Shown here: piece by piece, positions 25,161 to 32,000 of the stretch | How the letters are laid out: each line of letters begins with the position of its first letter | Numbering within the stretch: the stretch's first letter is position 1 | Source of the DNA: Planctomycetales bacterium | Lineage (GTDB): Bacteria; 4484-113; JAFGCY01 | Direction of reading: 5' to 3' | DNA: 32,000 bases | NCBI GenBank assembly: GCA_022646745.1 | Contig: CP060262.1 | Location: 4,050,001 to 4,082,000 of the forward strand | The notes under the pieces: model-generated | Databases searched by the model: none | Seen by the model: only the letters and a program-made list of their open reading frames with translations | What the model was told of the DNA's origin: nothing | Made by a program: the position numbers and the translations under genes

Positions 25161-25189
25161 ATTACATAAGGTCCCGCGGTGTTTGTCAA
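25161..25189 (-). promoter_or_regulatory. Near-consensus sigma70-type promoter for 24031-25119
   Basis: On the minus strand the -35 is TTGACA (25189-25184), followed by a 17-nt spacer and the -10 TGTAAT (25166-25161). This is about 40 nt upstream of the ATG at 25119. Confidence 0.5.
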
Positions 25190-25392
25190 ACAACCGTTGC
25201 AATCCTGACGCGGCAACTGTCCAACTGTTCGGTGCCCCCTGCCGATAGACTTAAGGGAGCAGCCTGCCGGTATCAGGAATGTGTCGTTCAACTGCCCGGG
25301 ACCAGAGAATCATCGCGGCAAGCGAACAAGGATTAAAATGCCTGCGTCATTGGCAGTTACCAAATTCTGAACTCACTTCTCAGGAGACACGA

Positions 25393-26679
25393 ATGAAGAA
25401 CGCATCACAGGATGGATTCTGGAGGATCTTCTCGGTGATTCTGATGGTGGCGGTGATTGCGCTGTCCATTGCCAATTACACCAGCCGTCCGAAGTACAAC
25501 TACACCTTCCATGAGTCCGCGAAGGCACAGCCCAGGACTGAGCTCGCCTCCATCAACAAGAGTTCCTCGCTGGACCATGAGAGCGTCTACTGGATCGCCG
25601 ACCTGGCCCAGCAGTCCCTGCCCTACGTGGTAAGCATCAAGACCGCGATCGACCCGGACAAGCTCGACGAGAGCGAGGGCAACGGCGGTCGCGAGATGAT
25701 GGACCGCTTCAAGCACCTCACTCCTCAGGGCTTCAACCTGCCCGACGAGTTCGAGATGCCTGAGGACCATCCGATCCCCGGCGGCGAAGGCAGCGGTTTC
25801 ATCATCCGTGAGGATGGCTACATCGTGACCAATGCCCATGTGGTGGAGGATGCCAACGAGTTCACTGTCTACCTCGGTGAGGACACCACCAAGGACGGCC
25901 TGCCCGCCACTCTTGTTGGAAAGGATAACTACAAGGACATCGCAGTGCTCAAGGTGGATGCCACCGGCCTGCCCGCCGCCGTGCTCGGCAAGAGCGGTGA
26001 GAGCCGCGTCGGTGAGCCCGTGGTCGCGATCGGCAGCCCGCTGGGCCATGCCGCAACCGTCACCGCCGGCATCCTCTCCAGCAACACCCGCAAGCTGGAA
26101 GAAGTAGGCCGCAGTTACGACATCCGCAAGCCGCAGATCTACCTGCAGACCGATGCCGCCATCAACCGCGGCAACAGCGGTGGCCCGCTGTTCAATGCGC
26201 AGGGTGAGGTGATCGGTGTCAACCAGGCGATCGCGCGCTGGGACTACACGGAGACCGGCCGCATTCCGATCGAGGGCATCGGCTTCGCGATCCCGATCGA
26301 TGAGGTGAAGGACACCATCTCCCAGATCATGGAGAAGGGCAAGGCTGTCTACCCCGGCATCTCCGCCAACATCACGAGCGTTGAGGAGTTCCTGCACTTC
26401 AACCCGAACCAGGAACTGGCAGTGGATGCCGGCGTCTACATCAGCGGCATCGTCAAGGGCGGCCCGGCAGACAAGGCCGGCCTGGCTGCCGGTGATGTGA
26501 TCACCGAATTCAACGGTGAGCCCGTCAGCGACGCCAACCAGCTGATCACCATGATCAGTGAGCATGAGGTCGGTGAGCGTGTGAAGCTGACCGTGTCCCG
26601 CAACGGCACCGAGCGCTACGAGGAAGTGATCGTGGTGCTTGGGGAGCTGGACCTCGACAATGTCCGCGCCGGCGATTAA
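25393..26679 (+). CDS. htrA: HtrA/DegP-family serine protease with one PDZ domain, membrane anchored
   Basis: Catalytic triad contexts are TNAHVV, DIAVLKV and GNSGGPLF. The PDZ segment is GGPADKAGLAAGDVITEFNG. The N-terminal anchor is FWRIFSVILMVAVIALSI. Start is at ATG 25393, preceded by AGGAGA, not the upstream start of the track ORF. Confidence 0.9.
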   Translation: MKNASQDGFWRIFSVILMVAVIALSIANYTSRPKYNYTFHESAKAQPRTELASINKSSSLDHESVYWIADLAQQSLPYVVSIKTAIDPDKLDESEGNGGREMMDRFKHLTPQGFNLPDEFEMPEDHPIPGGEGSGFIIREDGYIVTNAHVVEDANEFTVYLGEDTTKDGLPATLVGKDNYKDIAVLKVDATGLPAAVLGKSGESRVGEPVVAIGSPLGHAATVTAGILSSNTRKLEEVGRSYDIRKPQIYLQTDAAINRGNSGGPLFNAQGEVIGVNQAIARWDYTETGRIPIEGIGFAIPIDEVKDTISQIMEKGKAVYPGISANITSVEEFLHFNPNQELAVDAGVYISGIVKGGPADKAGLAAGDVITEFNGEPVSDANQLITMISEHEVGERVKLTVSRNGTERYEEVIVVLGELDLDNVRAGD

Positions 26680-26703
26680 GCCGCCTGCAAACAGGAAGCA
26701 TCA

Positions 26704-26733
26704 GGGATCCCGCATTGCGGGGTCCCTTTTTTT
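26704..26733 (+). terminator. Rho-independent terminator of htrA
   Basis: GGGATCCCGC-att-GCGGGGTCCC forms a 10-bp stem with one G-U pair, followed by TTTTTTT (26727-26733). It begins 25 nt after the stop codon. Confidence 0.85.
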
Positions 26734-26737
26734 CTGC

Positions 26738-26765
26738 TTGCACCGCATCCCGCTGCGTGTAAAAT
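26738..26765 (+). promoter_or_regulatory. sigma70-type promoter for the small lipoprotein gene
   Basis: The -35 is TTGCAC (26738-26743), followed by a 16-nt spacer and the -10 TAAAAT (26760-26765). Confidence 0.5.
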
Positions 26766-26814
26766 CTCCGCAATAGGCGAATACCTGTATAGCGGTCGGG
26801 CAGCCGCGTGGAAT

Positions 26815-27207
26815 ATGGAAATGAAACAGTTCATCACAATCATGCTGGCCATCCTGCTGTGCTGCGGCTGCAGCGGCGGGGGAGAGTTCGTCGCGGAGAC
26901 CGGCCCGTTCAACGGCGGCTTCACCAGTGAAAACGGTGAAAGCATCGGCGCCTTCTCGTTCACGGTGATCAACAACGTGCTGCAGGGCACCGGTGTGATC
27001 AACCACAACGGGGACAACATCACGGTCACGATCAGCGCAGCACTGAGCGGCAAGGTGATCAACGGCCAGGTCAGCAACAGCACCTTCGGCACCGGCCCGC
27101 TGTGGGGCACCTTCGACAATGTGTCCTACGCCGAGGGCGGCTTCACCTTCACCGGAAACGCCGGGGTGGCCACCACGACCGGCACATGGTCAGCCGCCAT
27201 CCCCTAG
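26815..27207 (+). CDS. Small lipoprotein (about 110 aa mature), Gly/Thr-rich beta protein
   Basis: The signal peptide has the lipobox LLCCGCS. The mature part has G-x-F and I-x-G-x-V patterns (GAFSFTVINNVLQGTG, ISAALSGKVINGQV, GTFDNVSYAEGGFTFTG). These are loosely reminiscent of 8-stranded-barrel surface lipoproteins, but the family is not established. The start could be ATG 26815 or 26821. Confidence 0.6.
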   Translation: MEMKQFITIMLAILLCCGCSGGGEFVAETGPFNGGFTSENGESIGAFSFTVINNVLQGTGVINHNGDNITVTISAALSGKVINGQVSNSTFGTGPLWGTFDNVSYAEGGFTFTGNAGVATTTGTWSAAIP

Positions 27208-27230
27208 TTAGCCTCTCCGGTGAACCGCCT

Positions 27231-27239
27231 TGTTATAAT
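27231..27239 (+). promoter_or_regulatory. Extended -10 promoter element TGTTATAAT
   Basis: This is a perfect TGnTATAAT. The -35 position is weak (gcctct). It lies 51 nt upstream of the ATG at 27290. Confidence 0.5.
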
Positions 27240-27244
27240 GATCG

Positions 27245-27281
27245 TCTCGCAGGCAGCGGGCAATTGTGCATGCCTGCGAGA
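27245..27281 (+). promoter_or_regulatory. 5'-UTR stem-loop or palindromic operator (perfect 11-bp arms, 15-nt spacer)
   Basis: TCTCGCAGGCA (27245-27255) pairs perfectly with TGCCTGCGAGA (27271-27281). The structure starts at the predicted +1 and ends directly at the SD AGGCGGAG (27282-27289). Confidence 0.5.
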
Positions 27282-27289
27282 AGGCGGAG

Positions 27290-30200
27290 ATGATCATTAA
27301 CAGCAAGCTCATGGCCGTATGGGCGGCCATCCTCGTGTTTTGCGCCAGCGGGCTGCTTTCATGCCAGGGCAACAGTGCCAGCGGCAATGGCGTGCGCCCG
27401 CGTTCGCGCTCCGATGCCGGCACCTACGATGAGCGTCCGCATGAGGAGGTGCTCAGCCACCGCGACTCCGTGGACAGCGACGGCGGCGAGGTGCAGTACC
27501 GCACCTGCAAGGTGACCGTGCCGCGCGGTGCCGTGAATGAGCCGATCTTCCTCGAGATCTCCGTCCCCGATGAGCCGCAGGACGACGTCTTCCCCGAGTC
27601 CGCCTACCAGCTCAACCCGCGCGGCGTGGAACTGAAGAAGGACGCGCTGCTGACCATCGCCTACTACAACGACGACATCCCCCAGGGCAAGGAAGAGAAG
27701 GACATCGTGATCGTGCACAAGGTCAACGGTGTCTGGGTGGAACTCTCTAACAGCGAGGTGTTCATCCACTCCAACACGGTGCAGGCCCCGATCAGTTATC
27801 TTGGCCTGTACGCCCTGCGCATCACCAACGAGGACCCGCGCGTGGTCAACCAGGAACCGGTTGCCAGCTTCGAGTTCAGCCGCGACCCCTTCCCCGGCCA
27901 GCTCGGCATCACGCCTGACGAGGCCAGCAAGACCCAGGCCGAAGAGGCAGTCAGTGAGGAAGCCGGCAAGGCTGAAGGAGAATCGGATGCCGAAGGCGAA
28001 GAGAAGAAGCCCGAGACTCCGGTGGATCCGAATTTCGACCCGGACAAGGCTGGTCGGCCACCCGGCGCCGAGCCGATCAGCATGGTGCGCCAGCGCCTGA
28101 CCGTAGCCGCGCAGGCTACGCCTGAAGAGCGCCAGAAGATGCAGGAGAACAGCGCTGCCAACGTGGTCGAGGAAGCCGCCCCGGAAGCGACTGCCGCTTC
28201 AGATGAAGTTGCGATGACCGCCGAGTCCCCCTACGTGACGGTGTACTTTGACGCAACGAAGAGCTTTGATCCCGACGGCAAGGTTGTGCAGTGGGACTGG
28301 GACTTCGACAGCGATGGCATCTTCGACTACTCCAGCCACTCCAGCCCCTATGCGCAGCACACCTTCAAGCACAACGGCGACTACAGCGTGGTGCTCAAGG
28401 TCAGTGACAACGGCCGCTACACCCGTGTCGGCTACGGCACCGGACTGGTGCGCGCCCGTTCCAGCAAGGCCGAACCAAAGCCGCTGTCCGCCAACATCAG
28501 TGCCTATCCGCCCTATGGTGACTGCCCGCTGACCGTGCACTTCGCCAGCACTGTCACCGGCGGCACCGCGCCCTACAGCTATGAATGGACCTTCAGCGAC
28601 GGTTCGGAAAGCAACCTGCCGAACCCATACACGACATACGCCGACGTTGACACGCACATCATCTCCTACAAGGTGACGGACATCGTCGGTGAGGAGCTGA
28701 CCGGCCGCCTCAGTGTCAACGCCTGGAGCGGCTGGGATCCGAGCGCTCCGCCGGAGCGCATGCAGCTGGACATCGAACCGAGTATGCTGCGCGGCCAGTC
28801 GCCGTTCCAGGCCGTGTTCAACCTGGACGTTGACAGGGCAACCGAGCCCGTGACCTACCGCATCACATTCGGCGACGAGGACCCGGATGAGCCGGAGACC
28901 GTCTCGCGCGGGCGCATCATCAACCATGAGTATGGCAACGCCGGCTTCTACATCGTGAAGATCATCGCCACGGATGCCGACCTGCGTACGGCGACGACCT
29001 TTGCCACCGTACATGCCTGGCCGCCGGAGAGCCCGAAGGACTTCACGCTCAGCACCGGCAATGCGGGAGCCGACCCCTTCTCCTTCGGCCATGACATGAC
29101 CCTCGAGTTCGACTACACAAACGCCAGCACGCGCTCGCTGCAGTTCTATCCCGAGAACACCCCGCTGCCCGTCGGTGAGCTGACCTACCACTGGGACTTT
29201 GGCGACGGCACCTACAGCACGGAGAAGAAGCCGGAGCATACCTTCGCACGTGACGGCATCTACGAAGTGCGCCTGCGCGCCAGCAACGGCCTGCAGGCCT
29301 GGCAGCAGCGCATCTGGCTGCCGGTCAGCTCCGAGGACCCGGCGGCCGCAATCCAGCGCCCCGGCTACATCGAGGGCCCGGCACCGTTCGAGCTGGACCT
29401 GGACGCGATCATCACCCGTGGCCAGGAGCCGCTGCGCTATGACTGGTTCATCGGCGATGACCGGCGCAGCGATCCGAGCACCTGGTTCGCCTTCCAGAAG
29501 CCGGGCGAATACGAGGTCCGCCTCGACGTGACTGACAAGTTCGACCAGGTGATCCACGCGCCAGCCATCAAGGTGCGTGTGCGCCCCGGCCCGCTCAGCT
29601 ACGCACAGCCCGTCGCAGTGATCGAGCCGCTGACCGGCAGTACACGCGCGGTGGTGATGGACTACACCGCCTCCAATGCCCTGCCACTCTCCAGCCCGAC
29701 CAACGAAGGCGGCATCGACATGGTCGATGCTAGCGCGGACGGCCGCTTCCTGGCAATGGTCAGCGAGTACGGCCTGCTGGTGAAGGAGATTGCCAGCGGC
29801 GACCCGGTGGCCTCATTCCTGCCGGCAGCCGGTGAGATCGTCTCACTGCAGGCTGTGGAGGATGGCAACGCCTACATCACGCTGGAGACCGCCGGTGGCC
29901 TGGCCACCTGGCTGATCCGCCCGGCCTGCGACCCGCTGAAGGTCTGCGACGGCTTCCTGTTTGATGCCAGTGGCATCGGCACCGTGCTCGCCATCGGCGA
30001 CAAGCTTGAGAAGAACTTCCGTCAGCTGCGTGTTGTCAGTGTCGACCCCGCATACGGCCAGGTCGGCGAACCGCTGCTGATCGGCAAGGCCAGCGAGGCG
30101 AAACTCAGCCGCGACGGCCGCTACCTGTTCCATATTGACGACCAGAGCCGCATCGTGCGCCGCCATGTCCCGAGTGGCGACGTGGAGTTCCTCGCCACCG

Positions 30201-30661
30201 GCAGCGACCGCAAGAGCGGGCTGGCCGCCAGCGGTGACGGTGACAGCATCGCATTCGCCAGCGAGATGGGCGAGCGCCGCGACATCATCCTCGGCCGCTA
30301 CGACATGGGCGGAGTGTTCCAGCTCGCCAGTGTGACGGACCGCACCGGCTTCTACGCCGAGCACATGCTGCTCAATGGCGACGGCAGCTACCTGCTGGCC
30401 TACGGCTCCCGTGATGAGCTGGTGGCCCTGGTGCGCAAGGCCCGCGGGGACGAAACCCTCGCCGCCGACGAGGTGGACGCTGAGAAGCTGGTTGACGACG
30501 ATGCCCCGCAGTACAGCTCAGGCCCGCCCAGCCGGCGTGAGCGCTACGGCGTGATCCGGCTGGACCTCAGCGGTTCCCCGGATGGCTGGAGCATCAGCAC
30601 CGTCAATCCGCGCTTCGTGGCGGAGAGCAGTGCGGGCTTCGCAATCGCCGGACCGTTCTGA
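27290..30661 (+). CDS. Large lipoprotein: N-terminal beta-sandwich, acidic linker, at least 4 PKD-like modules, C-terminal TolB-like propeller region
   Basis: Start is ATG 27290 with an SD. The signal peptide has the lipobox GLLSC. PKD-like signatures are VQWDWDFDSDGIFDY...YSVVLKVSDNG, YSYEWTFSDGSES, YHWDFGDGTYSTEKKPEHTFARDGIYEVRLRASNG and YDWFIGDD...GEYEVRLDVTD. The acidic low-complexity linker is EEAVSEEAGKAEGESDAEGEEKKPE. The C-terminal part has repeated DG-x-hhAh/S-x-DG segments. Confidence 0.8.
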   Translation: MIINSKLMAVWAAILVFCASGLLSCQGNSASGNGVRPRSRSDAGTYDERPHEEVLSHRDSVDSDGGEVQYRTCKVTVPRGAVNEPIFLEISVPDEPQDDVFPESAYQLNPRGVELKKDALLTIAYYNDDIPQGKEEKDIVIVHKVNGVWVELSNSEVFIHSNTVQAPISYLGLYALRITNEDPRVVNQEPVASFEFSRDPFPGQLGITPDEASKTQAEEAVSEEAGKAEGESDAEGEEKKPETPVDPNFDPDKAGRPPGAEPISMVRQRLTVAAQATPEERQKMQENSAANVVEEAAPEATAASDEVAMTAESPYVTVYFDATKSFDPDGKVVQWDWDFDSDGIFDYSSHSSPYAQHTFKHNGDYSVVLKVSDNGRYTRVGYGTGLVRARSSKAEPKPLSANISAYPPYGDCPLTVHFASTVTGGTAPYSYEWTFSDGSESNLPNPYTTYADVDTHIISYKVTDIVGEELTGRLSVNAWSGWDPSAPPERMQLDIEPSMLRGQSPFQAVFNLDVDRATEPVTYRITFGDEDPDEPETVSRGRIINHEYGNAGFYIVKIIATDADLRTATTFATVHAWPPESPKDFTLSTGNAGADPFSFGHDMTLEFDYTNASTRSLQFYPENTPLPVGELTYHWDFGDGTYSTEKKPEHTFARDGIYEVRLRASNGLQAWQQRIWLPVSSEDPAAAIQRPGYIEGPAPFELDLDAIITRGQEPLRYDWFIGDDRRSDPSTWFAFQKPGEYEVRLDVTDKFDQVIHAPAIKVRVRPGPLSYAQPVAVIEPLTGSTRAVVMDYTASNALPLSSPTNEGGIDMVDASADGRFLAMVSEYGLLVKEIASGDPVASFLPAAGEIVSLQAVEDGNAYITLETAGGLATWLIRPACDPLKVCDGFLFDASGIGTVLAIGDKLEKNFRQLRVVSVDPAYGQVGEPLLIGKASEAKLSRDGRYLFHIDDQSRIVRRHVPSGDVEFLATGSDRKSGLAASGDGDSIAFASEMGERRDIILGRYDMGGVFQLASVTDRTGFYAEHMLLNGDGSYLLAYGSRDELVALVRKARGDETLAADEVDAEKLVDDDAPQYSSGPPSRRERYGVIRLDLSGSPDGWSISTVNPRFVAESSAGFAIAGPF

Positions 30662-31390
30662 TCAGTCGTACTGCCGGCAGTAGGCCATCAGAGTCAGGTT
30701 GATGCGCGCCTGGCAGCTGTAGGCCAGCCACATCACCGGCAGCACCACCGGCGAGCCGATCATGATCACCGGCAGCAGCGGGAATATCACGCAGCCCAGG
30801 CAGTCGTTGTTCCAGAACCGGGCCAGCATCCCGCCCAGCAGGCAGCGCACGGCAGTCGCCCGCAGCTTTCCGTGCTCGCTCCTGGCAATGCACATCAGCG
30901 CTGGGTGCACGGTGGCCGCAGCCCGCAGCTGCTGCTGTGGCGTCATCGGCAAGTCAAGAATCACAGCTCGCCAGGCCCAGCTGCCGTGCATCAGCTCCTT
31001 CAGGCGCAGCCAGACTTCCTCCTCCATGGCCAGCATCTGCACGTCGCTTTCACGGAAGTCCGTTGCCAACCGGGCTTCCAGGCGTTCACGGGCCCGCTGG
31101 GTCGTCCCCATGCAGAGGCTGCTGCCGTACCAGGTGATCCCGCCAATCGTTGCCAGCATTCCGGTCGTCTGCAGGAAGCCGTCTTCCAACGGTATGCCCA
31201 GAAATTGAAGCAGGTATGTGAATGCGAGCGGCGACAGGCACATGAGCACGAAGCCGACCGTGATGCCCAGCATGCGCGCGCTCTCATCCTGGCGCTTGCC
31301 CGCCTCACTGGCGATGCCGGCAAACATGTCACCTACGCTGGATTCTGGCTCATCCGCCATGCAGAGATTGTGAACCACGGGGCAGCTCAT
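30662..31390 (-). CDS. Membrane protein, unknown function (hydrophobic pairs at both ends, helical cytoplasmic middle)
   Basis: The ORF has hydrophobic segments ITVGFVLMCLSPLAFTYLL and MLATIGGITWYG (N-terminal) and CVIFPLLPVIMIGSPVVLPVMWLAY (C-terminal). The start is uncertain: ATG 31390 overlaps the upstream gene by 41 nt and ATG 31360 by 11 nt. Confidence 0.5.
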   Translation of the reverse strand: MSCPVVHNLCMADEPESSVGDMFAGIASEAGKRQDESARMLGITVGFVLMCLSPLAFTYLLQFLGIPLEDGFLQTTGMLATIGGITWYGSSLCMGTTQRARERLEARLATDFRESDVQMLAMEEEVWLRLKELMHGSWAWRAVILDLPMTPQQQLRAAATVHPALMCIARSEHGKLRATAVRCLLGGMLARFWNNDCLGCVIFPLLPVIMIGSPVVLPVMWLAYSCQARINLTLMAYCRQYD

Positions 31391-32000
31391 GCGGAAGCAC
31401 CCCGGCTATCCGCCTGGCAGCCTCCTCATCCAGCAGGCAGTGCACCGCCAGCAGCGGCCAGACCAGCCCGTATCCCAGCGCCCAGTAGATCTCAAACAAC
31501 GGCACACCCAGAAGCCAGCCGGTATGCACCTCCGCATTGCGCCAGGCATTCTCGAAGTGTGGCCAGATCGCGAAGCTGGATCGCACCAGCAATGCGTATA
31601 ACAGGCTGAATCCCAGTGCGCCAAGCACGGAACCCGCCACGAAGCGGCTGCGCTTGAATGCAAGGATCAGTCCGGTCACCGCCACCCCGCTCAGCGTGCT
31701 GACCATCACCGGCGTTCCGGTCACACCGAAGCGCACCCCGTAGCCGATCGCAATCCCGATAACGGAGTAGAGCAGGTAGCGTTTCCAGACCAGCCCCTTC
31801 TCCCTGGTGACGGAATAGGTGCCCGGCTGGAAGAACAGCAGCATGCGTGTTGCCAAGATCCCGGCGCAGAACGAGAACAGCAGGTCCTCCGGGCTTGAGA
31901 TGTAATGGAAGGTCACGCGGGGATCCCAGTATTGCGGGATGTATTCAAAGCTGAACAGGCCGTAGGGGATGCACAGTACGCCGGATAGCAGCAGCAGGCG
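31350..32000 (-). CDS. Polytopic membrane protein, 5' partial; tentatively lycopene-cyclase-domain-like
   Basis: I translated 31917-32000 in frame as RLLLLSGVLCIPYGLFSFEYIPQYWDPR. It has no stop and is hydrophobic, so the gene probably begins beyond the window rather than at the GTG 31916 in the track. Two P-x-(E/F)-(D/E)-hydrophobic-F/W motifs (SSPEDLLFSF and GVPLFEIYW) recall the repeated PxEE motif of lycopene-cyclase-domain proteins. This is a low-confidence family guess. Confidence 0.55.
   Translation of the reverse strand, partial: RLLLLSGVLCIPYGLFSFEYIPQYWDPRVTFHYISSPEDLLFSFCAGILATRMLLFFQPGTYSVTREKGLVWKRYLLYSVIGIAIGYGVRFGVTGTPVMVSTLSGVAVTGLILAFKRSRFVAGSVLGALGFSLLYALLVRSSFAIWPHFENAWRNAEVHTGWLLGVPLFEIYWALGYGLVWPLLAVHCLLDEEAARRIAGVLPHELPRGSQSLHGG

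Noticed and set aside
25350-25375. Possible sigma54 (TTGGCAGttaccaaatt) or sigmaE-type (TCTGA) promoter upstream of htrA
   Set aside because: The GG is present, but there is no GC/TTGC element at the required -12 spacing. For sigmaE, no GGAACTT-like -35 lies 16 nt upstream of TCTGA. No promoter call was made for htrA.
1-32000. Search for CRISPR repeats, tRNA/rRNA genes, IS elements/transposases, integrases and long direct or inverted repeats
   Set aside because: Intergenic regions are short, with the longest being 273, 183 and 130 nt. By eye none shows a tRNA T-loop (GGTTCGA-type), a regular repeat-spacer periodicity or terminal inverted repeats. No ORF has recombinase or transposase motifs. 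A computational scan (tRNAscan-SE, Infernal, minced) would be needed to be certain.

Overview
High-GC, densely packed bacterial chromosomal window. Spot counts on single 60-nt lines give 67% G+C at 11161, against 38% at 11401 and 45% at 11641. All calls come from reading the ORF translations and the DNA by eye, with no database search. I support about 21 protein genes and saw no rRNA, tRNA, CRISPR array, transposase or integrase. Contents fall into six groups. (1) Two paralogous GH63/MGH1-like six-hairpin glycosidases (1-2640, 5' partial; 5707-8046) flank a 941-aa dockerin/Fn3/PKD/SBBP-propeller lipoprotein. The first glycosidase carries an inserted STAS-like module. (2) A GNAT acetyltransferase and valS. 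(3) An AT-rich islet of about 0.9 kb (11290-12170) holds a HicB-like antitoxin gene and an unrecognisable 115-aa partner, downstream of a two-domain AAA+ ATPase. (4) dapF converges on a long minus-strand gene string: SbcD/YhaO-like phosphoesterase, then an SMC/YhaN-like ATPase with a mid-protein transmembrane hairpin, then nnr, then a 331-aa BtrH_N-like protein, then alr. (5) An envelope/secretome block contains a GT4 glycosyltransferase, a secreted beta-rich protein, an HtrA protease, a small lipoprotein and a 1123-aa multi-PKD/propeller lipoprotein. (6) Two polytopic membrane proteins run off the right edge. Non-coding observations: a recurring TATA(A/C)TCAG -10 box sits 5-8 nt from start codons, implying leaderless mRNAs. 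Three convergent gene pairs abut with zero spacer on the identical 9-mer TGATCAGTC. A perfect 11-bp 5'-UTR hairpin follows an extended -10 box. There is one clean intrinsic terminator. The most novel-looking candidates are the STAS-in-glycosidase chimera, the HicB-plus-orphan cassette in the AT-rich islet, and the membrane-hairpin SMC/phosphoesterase pair. None can be proven without searches.
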